Shown: positions 28,976 through 38,868 of the stretch, piece after piece
Numbering within the stretch: position 1 is the first letter of the stretch
Layout of the letters: every line of letters starts with the position of its first letter
NCBI GenBank assembly: GCA_031397865.1
Contig: JANNMN010000021.1
Span: 15,441-79,440, forward strand
Direction of reading: 5' to 3'
From: Chitinophagaceae bacterium
Lineage (GTDB): Bacteria > Bacteroidota > Bacteroidia > Chitinophagales > Chitinophagaceae
DNA length: 64,000 bases
Notes under the pieces: model-generated
Told to the model about the DNA's origin: nothing
The model's database searches: none
Seen by the model: the letters and a program-made list of their open reading frames with translations, nothing else
Made by a program: the position numbers and the translations under genes

Positions 28976-31900
28976 ATGTTATATCGCATTTGTGTTGGCA
29001 TGTTGTTGCTTGTAGTTTTTTCCTTTGCTTCAAAAGCTCAGCAGCTTTCTTTCCGCCATTTGGGCATAGCAGAAGGTATGCCCAGTAATGTAATTGGCCA
29101 TGCCTGTTTCGACAGCACTGGTTTTATATGGATGGCTACAAACGATGGATTAATAAGCTACGATGGCACCCGTATTACGCAATTTTTAAAAGAAACACAC
29201 CCCGGCCTGCCTCGGAATGAAATAGGGTTTTTGTTTTGCGACAGCCGCAACCGTATTTGGATATGTACCAACGAGGGCCTTGCATTAATGAACGAAAAAC
29301 GCCGGATAAGCCGTGTGATTATACACGACAGTTTGAAAAATGCCAATATTGATTTTTGTTTTGAAGTGGAAGGTATGGGCATGGTTGCCAGTAGCACCAA
29401 AAAAACATATTGGCTCCCCGAAGGAAAAACACAATGGCAAAGCCTTCACTGGTTTGATAACGATATTAGAAAAGGCGCAGGCATCACCTCCCTGCGAAAA
29501 TTTAACGGTACCAGCTTTATGTTTGTAATGGACAATAATGCCATGCTGATAAATTTTGCCAACAAAAAAATATTGACCAATGTGCTGGTAGAAAACCTTT
29601 CGAGTATTTGCAAACTAAACGATAACGAAGTACTGGCAACTTCAGATGAAAGTTTCGTACTTACGAGAATCAACACGGCAACAAACAGTATTGTAAAAAA
29701 ATATGAAGATGTTAAAGATGTTGATGGGGTTTCAATTATAGCTCCCGTATTTGCCAGCAGTAAAGCCGCAAATGGAATTATTTACCTGGCTACCCGATCG
29801 GGTGGACTAATAGGATTTGATAGTAAAAAAGAACTGTTTTATACATATCGCCATGATGCTTTAAACAGTAACTCCATTTCATCTGATATTTTGCGATGGG
29901 TATTTTGCCGCAATGATGGATACATCATTATTACATCCACATCTGGCCTAAACTATACCGATGTGCTTACTAATACGTTTTACCAGTAGAGTAATTTTGT
30001 TTATGAAAACGGGAAGGTTTTGGATGGCGGCATAACAGGTATAGCCGAAGATGTCATGGGCAATATTTGGATTAAAGGCTTGAATAAACTTATTATTTGG
30101 AACCAACAAAGCAATATGGCGAGAAAGATTTCTTTGCCAAATTTAAGCAAGGCCAGTGCTGGTACAATGGCTGAAGCCGGCAACATTTACAAGGACAACC
30201 GTAACGATATGTGGGTAACCTATAATGGAATAGGCCTGGCAAAATTTAGTACAGATGGACGACTGATAAAATTTTTAAACACAGAAACAAAATCACTTCC
30301 TGTAAACAGTGTACGGATAGTGAAGCAATTGCAAAACAACATGCTGATTGCAGGGGCAGATAACAGGTTGTTTATGCTGCACCCTCAAACTTTTGCCATG
30401 GATAGCTTTGATACACATCCGCTGCTACAAACCATAGCCAAAAAAAGAATAGTTGACATACTACCAGATGGTGACAAGATGTGGATTGCCTCTTCGCCTA
30501 ACGGTGCAGCTTATTGTTATGATTTTAAAGAAAAAACCCTTGTCACTTATACAACAGCCAATGGGCTTAGTTCAAACAGGGTCTATTGCCTTGCAAAAGA
30601 TTCAGTCGGCAGCATCTATATTGGCACTTACGATGGGCTTAACATCATTAACCCGGATGGCAAATTAACCATCATCAACAAACATAACGGGCTGCGGCAC
30701 CCACGGGTAGAAAATTTGGTAACAGACAGGCAGGGAAAAGTATGGATAACAAATTTCAATTCCTTAATTCGCTACGACCCCTCTAATAAAACTTTTCAGT
30801 ATTTTGATGAACGCAACGGTGTAAGCAATGCAGGCTTTTCAGTAGTAGGCAATACCATAACCAACGCCGGTAAAATAATTTTTAGCAATAGCGGCCTGCT
30901 GATAGTTGACCCGGCTGATGTAATGGCTTTACAAAAATTTCAACCCACATTAGTAGTACACCGGTTATACGATGATGGTGGTTATGAGTTGTTGCAACAA
31001 AAAGATACTGTAAAACTTACGTACAACAATGCCAAACTTTCCTTGTATTATTTAGCCAATACATTAATTACCAGCAACCGTTTTTTTTATCATTATAAAT
31101 TGGAAGGGTTGGATACCAGCTGGCAACAACCTACAAAAAACAACCAGGTAACGTATAACCTTAGACCGGGCAAATACCACTTTCTTATTCAGGCATCCTA
31201 TAACGAAGGGGGCCGGATAAATAATGAAATAAGGATTACCATCATTGTTTCTCCGCCCTGGTGGCAAACCTGGTGGTTTGGGCTATTGGCATTTGTAAGT
31301 GTTGCCATATTGCTTTGGATTGTTTACAAGCGTCGCATTAAAAACCTAAAAGCCAAAGCAGCTATCAAACAACAAATGGCGGAGCTGGAGGGAAAAGCCA
31401 TCCGGGCCCAGATGAATCCACATTTTATTTTTAATTCTTTAAATGCTATACAAGAAAGTATTGTTACAGAAAACATAGATGCTGCATATGATTACCTATC
31501 ACAGTTTTCCAAACTGCTGCGGATGGTACTTGATAATTCTGATAAAAATTTAATTCCACTAAGCAGTGAGTTAGAAACTATCCGGTTGTATTTATCATTA
31601 GAAGCATTGCGTTTCAGCCAATCATTCAGTTATACCATTGAGAATAGTGATAAATTAGATAAAGAAGATATTTATATTCCTTCCTTGTTACTACAGCCTT
31701 TTGTAGAAAATGCCATCTGGCATGGATTGATAAATAAAGAAGGAGAGAAGCTATTGCGAATAAGATTTTCTGAAAAAGAAGGTAAACTGCAATGTGTAAT
31801 AGAAGATAACGGAGTAGGCAGAGCAAGGGCGGCGCAGATTAAAGAACAGAAATTGGGTGCCGCCCGATTTGCATCAAAAGGAACTAAACTGGCAATGCAG

Positions 31901-32050
31901 CGGATTGAAATACTAAACAGGGAAAGACCTGGCTCAGCCTCCATTGAAACAATTGATTTGATGGATGAAGCCGGTAAAGCAGCGGGTACAAAAGTGGTGA
32001 TAACATTGGCAAACGATTATAATACCTCAAAAAACATTAACCATGATTAA
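28976..32050 (+). pseudogene. Propeller/Y_Y_Y sensor histidine kinase (LytS-type His_kinase + HATPase) interrupted by one in-frame TAG
   Basis: ORFs 28820-29989 and 30020-32050 are in the same frame, separated only by TAG at 29987-29989. Homology continues across the stop ('..TNTFYQ*SNFVYENGKVLDGGITGIAEDVMGNIWI'). 'AQMNPHFIFNSLNAI' and an HATPase domain lie at the C-terminus. Confidence 0.75.
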
Positions 32051-32792
32051 AATATTAATTGTGGACGATGAGCAATCTGCAGGCCGCATACTAAAAGTGC
32101 TGATAGAAAAACATATACCTGGTGAGAAACAGATTGAAATTTCAAATCATCCGGCAGAAGCATTAGAGTTGCTAAAAACGTATCAGCCTACATTGGTAAT
32201 GCTGGATATTGAAATGCCGGGGATGAATGGTTTTGATTTTTTAAACCGGGCAAGTGAATGGAGTTTTGATGTCATCTTTACTACAGCATATGATCAGTAT
32301 GCTATCAAAGCTATCCGCTTTAGTGCATTGGATTATTTACTCAAGCCGGTGGATATTGTTGATTTACAAAATGCGGTAAACCGGCATATTGTAAAAAACC
32401 AAAGCGTAACCTCTACTTCTCAGCAGCCGCTGGTCAACAATTTGCTTTATAACTTACAGCAAAAAAACCAGGAGCAATTTAAACTAGCATTATCTACCAG
32501 CGAAGGCATTTTTTTATATGACCCTAAAGAAATAGTGTTGCTGGAAGGCAGTAGCAACTATACAAAGTTCTTTTTTGCCAAACAGAAACAGTTGATTGTA
32601 GCAAAAACATTAAAAGAGTATGAAGATATTTTATTAGACCACCAGTTTTTGCGGGTACACAAATCTTACCTGGTAAACAAGACACATGTAATAAAAGTAG
32701 ACAGGGAATCGGTGCTGGAAATGAGTAATAAAATGTATGTGCCCATAAGCCGCAGAAGAAAAATAGAAATATTGCAGTGGTTTGGGAAATAA
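32043..32792 (+). CDS. LytR/AlgR (LytTR) family response regulator
   Basis: 249 aa. Receiver domain plus LytTR domain ('FLRVHKSYLVN'). ATGA overlap with the kinase stop. Confidence 0.9.
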   Translation: MIKILIVDDEQSAGRILKVLIEKHIPGEKQIEISNHPAEALELLKTYQPTLVMLDIEMPGMNGFDFLNRASEWSFDVIFTTAYDQYAIKAIRFSALDYLLKPVDIVDLQNAVNRHIVKNQSVTSTSQQPLVNNLLYNLQQKNQEQFKLALSTSEGIFLYDPKEIVLLEGSSNYTKFFFAKQKQLIVAKTLKEYEDILLDHQFLRVHKSYLVNKTHVIKVDRESVLEMSNKMYVPISRRRKIEILQWFGK

Positions 32793-32793
32793 A

Positions 32794-32933
32794 ATGGCTT
32801 TTGAAAACTTTATGAACGATGTGAATTTTGTAATTGATGTGCTGCAGGTGGTATGGCTCCTTCTACTGTTATTGATTGCACAGGTGATGAGCCAGAATTA
32901 ATAAGGGAACGATTAGGGGAGTGGAATGGATAA
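32794..32933 (+). pseudogene. Diverged remnant of the tsaC 3' end (copy 2)
   Basis: Translates, with one frameshift, to 'AFENFMNDVNFVID / [30 protein letters not shown]'. tsaC has '[45 protein letters not shown]'. Confidence 0.85.
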
Positions 32934-33099
32934 AAATATCTGCCAACCGATTAACTTTACAACTGCCGGGGTCTCTTAATCATATACAAGGCTAAGAAAA
33001 GGGGATTTGTACAGCAAGAATAAATTACCTTAAATTTTAAGGGTCGTTTCGTCTTCGTAGGTTAAAAGAATTACCATTAATATAGTACCAGGTTTAAAA

Positions 33100-34233
33100 A
33101 TGAATCCAAGCATAGTTTATTTGCCAGGTCTAAATGGATTAAGAGCAATTGCGGCCTTCGCTGTTATCATTTCACATATAACACTTAGTCTTAATCACTT
33201 TGGCCTTAAAACCAAATTATTTGGAGTTAATATGTACGGAACTATACTCGGCTGGAATCTTGCGGGATATGGAGTTACTCTATTTTTTACGCTTAGCGGT
33301 TTCTTAATTACCTTTTTGATCCTTAAAGAAAAAGAAACAGCAAAGTTAAATATCAAACATTTTTACATCCGCAGGATCTTACGTATCTGGCCCTTATATT
33401 ATTTATATTTTTTCATTTGCCTGGCAACTATACTATGTTTTGGAATTTCTTTTAACAAAGAGTCAATCCCTTATTATATTTTTCTTACCCCAAACATTCC
33501 TTTTATCATTCACACAACATTGCCATTTCTTGCACATTACTGGTCGCTGGGAGTAGAGGAGCAGTTTTATTTATTTTTTCCGCAAATTGCCAGGTACTCA
33601 AACAAAAAGCTATTTAAAATTTCGGTACTAATCCTGGTTCTTTTTTTGTTTGTAAAATTGATCTTCTGGGTATTAGTAAAAAAATATAACATCCCAATAC
33701 CCTACTTAGCAATTACCGTAACCCGTTTTCAAACTATAATCATTGGTGTTATCGGGGCAATTTTATACTACAACAGGAACCAACTATTTGTATTACTTAC
33801 AACACATAAACTCACACAAATGATTGCCTGGACATGTATTTTATTAATGGCCATGAATAGATTTCATATCGGTTCAGTAATAAACGACGAGTTAGCTTCC
33901 GCAGTTTCTTTGTGTTTGATAATGGGGCAAGTAACAAAAAGAAATCGTCTCATTAACCTGGAGAATAAAGTGTGTGACTTTATAGGTAAAATATCGTATG
34001 GCATGTATGTTATTCATCCACTATTAATTTTTTATTTCGCCAAAATATTTGGGCAATTCAAATCCGACGAAATAACTAATCACTTACTCTTATATTTTCT
34101 TATTACATCAACTACAATATTACTGGCTTATCTTTCTTACGAATTATTTGAGAAAAAATTCTTAAAACTTAAAACAAGATACTCGCCGGTTAGAAGTTCG
34201 GGTACGAATACTAAAATGCCCGGGGCCATTTAA
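33100..34233 (+). CDS. Acyltransferase family 3 (OafA-like) membrane protein
   Basis: 377 aa, about 10 TM segments. 'LPGLNGLRAIAAFAVIISH', 'FFTLSGFLIT' and 'HYWSLGVEEQFYL' motifs. Confidence 0.85.
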   Translation: MNPSIVYLPGLNGLRAIAAFAVIISHITLSLNHFGLKTKLFGVNMYGTILGWNLAGYGVTLFFTLSGFLITFLILKEKETAKLNIKHFYIRRILRIWPLYYLYFFICLATILCFGISFNKESIPYYIFLTPNIPFIIHTTLPFLAHYWSLGVEEQFYLFFPQIARYSNKKLFKISVLILVLFLFVKLIFWVLVKKYNIPIPYLAITVTRFQTIIIGVIGAILYYNRNQLFVLLTTHKLTQMIAWTCILLMAMNRFHIGSVINDELASAVSLCLIMGQVTKRNRLINLENKVCDFIGKISYGMYVIHPLLIFYFAKIFGQFKSDEITNHLLLYFLITSTTILLAYLSYELFEKKFLKLKTRYSPVRSSGTNTKMPGAI

Positions 34234-34267
34234 TAATAGTAAACAAAGAAGATAGATGCACCCTTCA

Positions 34268-35065
34268 TCATCTCATCCGCAGCAGCTTTGCTGTGCCGGC
34301 ATATTTTACAAACCTAACTTCCGTATTACTAAGTGGTATGCCAAACTCGATACCTGCTGCCAGTACCATAGTGCAGCCTGCAGGATTATTCCAATTGTTC
34401 AGTGTAAGATGTATTTGCTGTGCTTCGCAATGTTGTTTCCAGCTATACCATGCGGTATGTATTGTATCGGGTGCAGGTAAGGCATCCACCACCGGAGCAT
34501 ACACTTTTTTGTTTTCATCATATACCACATCAGCTACTGCGCCGAGAGTAAATACAAAGCGATACAGCGGTTGTTGCTTTGGGTTATACAGGTTTATACC
34601 TGGTTCTACCAGTGGTAAGTCCACCATAGCAGTACCTGCTGCTTTGTTAATGTTGGTTGCTAACGGATACCGCAGCACCGATTCAAATAGATTGTACCGG
34701 CACAGGCTAAAGCCTTCCAGTTTATAATAGCCCTGCGAAAACAATACTGATCGTTGCCCTTTTTCGTGTAGGATATCCAGTAATTGTATGGATTTGCACA
34801 ACGCATTCAAATTGCCTGTATAATTATAATCTGCGAGCAGTTTGATGCGACCCACCGCCAGCATTATATTTTTTGCTGCCAGTATGTAGGCTTTCCACTC
34901 TTCATTATTGCGGCGGGTAAGATCAAAGTTGGGATGATTTTTTATCCGTTCCCGGCTGGCACCGCCCTTGCTCCGCAATATTATTTTATCTACTCCCCTC
35001 ATTTTATAAGCACTTGTATCACCCACCGGTCCTGTGTAAATATGTGCTCCATGCAGAAACGCCAT
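34268..35065 (-). CDS. Hypothetical protein, no recognisable domain
   Basis: 265-aa ORF without signal peptide or TM segments. Converges on the acyltransferase gene. Confidence 0.55.
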   Translation of the reverse strand: MAFLHGAHIYTGPVGDTSAYKMRGVDKIILRSKGGASRERIKNHPNFDLTRRNNEEWKAYILAAKNIMLAVGRIKLLADYNYTGNLNALCKSIQLLDILHEKGQRSVLFSQGYYKLEGFSLCRYNLFESVLRYPLATNINKAAGTAMVDLPLVEPGINLYNPKQQPLYRFVFTLGAVADVVYDENKKVYAPVVDALPAPDTIHTAWYSWKQHCEAQQIHLTLNNWNNPAGCTMVLAAGIEFGIPLSNTEVRFVKYAGTAKLLRMR

Positions 35066-35112
35066 AGTCGCTTTGTTTAGAGCTTTACTTTGCCATGTTT
35101 TCTTCCTTTTTT

Positions 35113-35184
35113 AACCCACTGATAAGACACTCCTTATTATAGTGGGTTATCAGTAAGTCATGAGTGGCTTATCAGTGGCTTAAC
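35113..35184. repeat. Iteron-like array: four tandem 11-bp units plus one inverted copy
   Basis: AGTGGGTTATC / AGTAAGTCATG / AGTGGCTTATC / AGTGGCTTAAC at 35141-35184. An inverted copy (AACCCACTGATAAG) lies at 35113-35126. Confidence 0.55.
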
Positions 35185-35203
35185 CTGCTTGTTAGTATAA
35201 GAC

Positions 35204-35273
35204 AAGATACCATCTGCTGTTATTGATTGCAGGGGTTATAATACGAGAGGGGTTTGAGAAATGGCTTGTATAA
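35204..35273 (+). pseudogene. Degenerate remnant of the tsaC 3' end (copy 3)
   Basis: Reads 'KIPSAVIDC' then 'IIREGFEKWLV*'. tsaC has '[22 protein letters not shown]'. Internal deletion. Confidence 0.65.
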
Positions 35274-35332
35274 TTCAACAGGCCTCAAATTAAAAATTAC
35301 TATAGTAAGAGCCTTACCCTTTTGTCAACATT

Positions 35333-35656
35333 TTACTTTACACAGGCTGGGTTATTTTCTCTCCAGTAAATAGTGCCGCCAGTATCGTAGTTGTTGATGA
35401 TATAGCAAAGAACCGATGCACCGCTTTTCATTTTTACTTTTACTACAATGGCTTTAGAAGAAGAAATGTTTTTATACAGGTCTGGCTCTGTATTACTGAT
35501 GTAACCGCCCTGCTCTTCCATATATACACTTGTTATCTGTTGAATATCTGCAGGAGTTATGGAAGGCACTGCGGCCATGGTAGTATAATCTTTTACTGAA
35601 CCGGCAAAAGCTTTATAATCGTTTTGCTTAATCAGCTTTGCTGCTCGAGGAGACAC
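35333..35656 (-). CDS. Small hypothetical protein downstream of the peptidase/propeller gene
   Basis: 107-aa ORF with a GTG or internal ATG start. Begins 62 bp after the 510-aa gene on the same strand. Confidence 0.45.
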   Translation of the reverse strand: MSPRAAKLIKQNDYKAFAGSVKDYTTMAAVPSITPADIQQITSVYMEEQGGYISNTEPDLYKNISSSKAIVVKVKMKSGASVLCYIINNYDTGGTIYWRENNPACVK

Positions 35657-35718
35657 GAACTAAGGCGCAGGAAAATGCAAGGCTCATAATAGTACATGAA
35701 CCTTGCACAAGAAACAAC

Positions 35719-37251
35719 TCAATTCTTCCACTTTTTAGTTGTTATTATTTCCGGGTGTATAGGATTGTAATTCCGGGATACTTTAAACAATTCACCTACT
35801 GCGTAGTTCTCCCAGCCCGGAATATTAATTTTTTTACCCGTTGCATTAAAAAACTGTAGTTTACCATTATCAGCTGCAGCAAAAACACTCTTATCATTGA
35901 CATGTAAATTGCTTATCAGCCCATTAGTTTGTAACTCTTCAACTACCACACCTTTAAATTTGCGATTTGCTAAGGTATAACCATGTATTTGTTTTTTACT
36001 ATTTTCCATCAGGTGCAGTATGCCTGTTTTAGGATTAATGGTAGCAACAATTTTTCCATTTGGAGTAAGTTTTGGTATAGCTATTATTTCTGTTTTTTTA
36101 ATGCGGTCTATTAAAGCAATCCTGCCCTCGGTGGCTGAAACAGCCAGCAATTTCCTGTTTTTGAAATCGAAAGTCATGGCTTCAGTTTTTTCATTGAACA
36201 CTGCTACTTCTTTTACTATTTTGTCATCTGAAAGGAGAAACAGCTTGTTGTCTTTACTCGCATATATTTCCCCATCCTCGTCTGATACAGCAATTGAATC
36301 TGGCTGTAATGCATCATTGATAAGTTCAACCTTCATGTTGCTTAATGAAAGCTTCCAGATGCCTTTTTTATCTTTCGAAGTAAAATAGGCAACTGTGTTT
36401 TCTGCATCCATTACCAAATTGTTTACCCTGCCTGCTATATTTTTTACATTAATTGTTTTGATATCTTTTTCAGGTGAGCCGCCAGATCCATTTTGTTGCT
36501 GGGATGATGCGGTAATGGCACAACTCACTTCATCATAATGCAGCACCTGCATAGGCGAAAAAATAATATAGCTGTCAATCATTCTTACTTTCCCACCGCT
36601 TTGAGAAATGCATATTCCATTGCGCCAGTCACCATCTGTTTTGAGAGAAAAATTCTTAGCATCATTTATCTTTATTTCGGTAGCAGCCTGTGTGGTTCTG
36701 TTTGAATCGTTATTAGGATCATGGGTATTGATAGTGGCATTGCTTCCATTAATTTTTAAACCAACAACAGTCATGCAATGACCACCCATACGGTCATAGC
36801 TATTACTGTCATTTGGATTGTCCCGTTCATATCTTCCGTAACATATTGCGCCAATACGCTTCATTTCAAAATGATTCTTAAGCTTATTAAGCGTTATAGT
36901 ATCGTCGTTACTGCAGGAACGGCTATACCAGTTACCCCAAAACCTGTCATCCACAAAATCTTCAATGCCATCTAACGCATCACTAAAACCAGTACCGTCT
37001 TCAGCATCTGTATCCATGTAGTCGGCCATAATGCCAATGTTATACTGAATATTCTGCACAGAGTATTTTGGAGAGTGTCCAGGTGCATAACTTGGTAACC
37101 GTCGCCACAAATTTGCCGAACCATTCTGGGATAAAAAGGCCATTACATTAGTGTAAGCTGTAGGTACACAATACATTTTTCCATCGCTGGGAAAGTTTCC
37201 CCATTTTTGATCGAAATCGGGCATTTCATCAACTGAATAATTAAAGCTCAT
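35719..37251 (-). CDS. Papain-fold (C39-like) cysteine-peptidase-like domain fused to a beta-propeller-like repeat domain
   Basis: 510 aa, no signal peptide. Candidate catalytic Cys 'MYCVPTAYTNV', His 'GGHCMTVVG' and Asp/Asn 'THDPNND'. The C-terminal approximately 250 aa are repetitive beta-strand blades. Confidence 0.55.
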   Translation of the reverse strand: MSFNYSVDEMPDFDQKWGNFPSDGKMYCVPTAYTNVMAFLSQNGSANLWRRLPSYAPGHSPKYSVQNIQYNIGIMADYMDTDAEDGTGFSDALDGIEDFVDDRFWGNWYSRSCSNDDTITLNKLKNHFEMKRIGAICYGRYERDNPNDSNSYDRMGGHCMTVVGLKINGSNATINTHDPNNDSNRTTQAATEIKINDAKNFSLKTDGDWRNGICISQSGGKVRMIDSYIIFSPMQVLHYDEVSCAITASSQQQNGSGGSPEKDIKTINVKNIAGRVNNLVMDAENTVAYFTSKDKKGIWKLSLSNMKVELINDALQPDSIAVSDEDGEIYASKDNKLFLLSDDKIVKEVAVFNEKTEAMTFDFKNRKLLAVSATEGRIALIDRIKKTEIIAIPKLTPNGKIVATINPKTGILHLMENSKKQIHGYTLANRKFKGVVVEELQTNGLISNLHVNDKSVFAAADNGKLQFFNATGKKINIPGWENYAVGELFKVSRNYNPIHPEIITTKKWKN

Positions 37252-37384
37252 AATGATAAGTTTTAAAGGTTATTAATGATTGATTTTTTTTTGAGTAAAT
37301 TATCTGACTGCAGTAATCTATTTTGTCAGGCGAACTATTACAGTAATTTTTTCATAATTGAAAGGTTGAATGATAAAAAATATT

Positions 37385-38560
37385 TTAGTTAAGGTTATAA
37401 ACAACAAAATAAAAAGTGAAATCATTGCTACCAAATACAAAGAGCTTGCCGGGTGAATCATAACCGGAACCAAAGGTTGGCGGAAGACTATTATTTGGTG
37501 TTATCATGATGATTGAGGTAGAAGTAAATTGTGAGCAGTTAATTACATAATCCGCCGAACCTACAGTGTGTGTTACAGTAAAATTTCCAGTGCCATTGAT
37601 AATACCGCCAGATGCATCTACTTGGCCCATGCAAACAGGCAGTAAGGGTGCATTGCCAGTTACGGTAGTTCTTGTAATTTTTCCCTCTATATTTATATCT
37701 CCGGCTGGATTAATTTGTACCCTGTCATTTCCATTCATACGCATTATCAAATTGCCGGTTGTATTACCACTGTTGGTGCCAAACCGTACATTGTTTCCTG
37801 ACAATTGGAAAAAACCTTTGTTTACACTGCTGCTTTTTAATTGCATCGTAGCAGCTGTGTTATTTATTATTAAATCCGAGTTGGTGGTTACATCGCCACT
37901 TAAAAAAGATGTTCCAACCACAACGATATTTCCACCTGTTGCCAAAGCTGCACCGCTTACGGTTCCTTGTGCTGTTACATTATTATCGGCCAGCAAACTA
38001 TTTCTGCTGCGTATGTTGCCATTTACATCCAGCCATTCTGTTGGAGAGTTTGTGCCAATACCTATGCTGTCGTTGGGGTTTGTAATACGGTTTCGGCCGG
38101 TAATGGGCCGTATCCAGTAGTTGTCATTTAACATTGCACTCCAGGTTGTACCATCATATTGATACAATTCGTTTTTATCAGTATCATATACCATCAATCC
38201 GTTTGGTGGTGTGGCGATGGCAAACTTTTGCGATGTTGTCATCCTTGGAAAAAGTACACCCTTGGTAGTGCTGCCAATATCCAATATTGCTTTAGTATTT
38301 GGTACGGTGATGCCAATGCCTACACTACCACCATTTGCAATAGTTAGTCTGGTAGCGGCATCTTCCTGTATAGCAAAACGGCCTTGCGATTGCACATAGC
38401 TTAATCGCCAGCTTTTAGCATCGAGAGTATTTAGGATTCCAATATTGCCATCAGCAACCTGCAATTTTTCTGTGGGGGTTGTAGTGCCTATACCTACGTT
38501 TTGTGCAGTTAGCTGCAACATTATGTTCAGCATAAAAAGCAGTAAAAATATTTTTTTCAT
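37385..38560 (-). CDS. Tail-fibre-like secreted protein, paralogue 2 (391 aa)
   Basis: Signal peptide. 'QNVGIGTTTPTEKLQV', a second 'VGIGITVPNTKAILDIGSTTKGVLFPRMTTSQKFAI' module, and 'MQLKSSSVNKGFFQLSGNNVRFGTNSGNT' shared with paralogue 1. Confidence 0.8.
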   Translation of the reverse strand: MKKIFLLLFMLNIMLQLTAQNVGIGTTTPTEKLQVADGNIGILNTLDAKSWRLSYVQSQGRFAIQEDAATRLTIANGGSVGIGITVPNTKAILDIGSTTKGVLFPRMTTSQKFAIATPPNGLMVYDTDKNELYQYDGTTWSAMLNDNYWIRPITGRNRITNPNDSIGIGTNSPTEWLDVNGNIRSRNSLLADNNVTAQGTVSGAALATGGNIVVVGTSFLSGDVTTNSDLIINNTAATMQLKSSSVNKGFFQLSGNNVRFGTNSGNTTGNLIMRMNGNDRVQINPAGDINIEGKITRTTVTGNAPLLPVCMGQVDASGGIINGTGNFTVTHTVGSADYVINCSQFTSTSIIMITPNNSLPPTFGSGYDSPGKLFVFGSNDFTFYFVVYNLN

Positions 38561-38611
38561 TTTGTATTATTTTATTTCAATACAAAAGTGAAAAACTAAT
38601 GAAGAGAAGAC

Positions 38612-38630
38612 AATAGCGAAATAGGGTGAA
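38612..38630 (-). promoter_or_regulatory. Conserved box TTCACCCTATTTCGCTATT upstream of paralogue 2
   Basis: Ends about 52 nt upstream of the ATG. Its TTG is followed 19-21 nt later by a cActTTTG -7-like element. Confidence 0.5.
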
Positions 38631-38813
38631 GTTGTGAATAGGCAATTGTGAATGGTAAATACCGTCTTCATTTCAGCTTTCTTAGAAAGAGGGGCTGTTG
38701 AAAACCAACCCGCCGTAAATAAATAACCTGTGAAAAAATTATGGCTGATTTTTTTATTGCTTTAAAACTTAATTGAGCAATCCCTTTAACTCTTGAATTT
38801 GTTATTGCTGCTC

Positions 38814-38832
38814 TTTAGCGAAATGGGGTAAA
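38814..38832 (-). promoter_or_regulatory. Second, weaker copy of the conserved box
   Basis: Minus strand TTTACCCCATTTCGCTAAA, about 250 nt upstream of paralogue 2. Confidence 0.3.
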
Positions 38833-38868
38833 ATTTGATAATGGTTTTGTTTAATAATGCTCTGAAGG

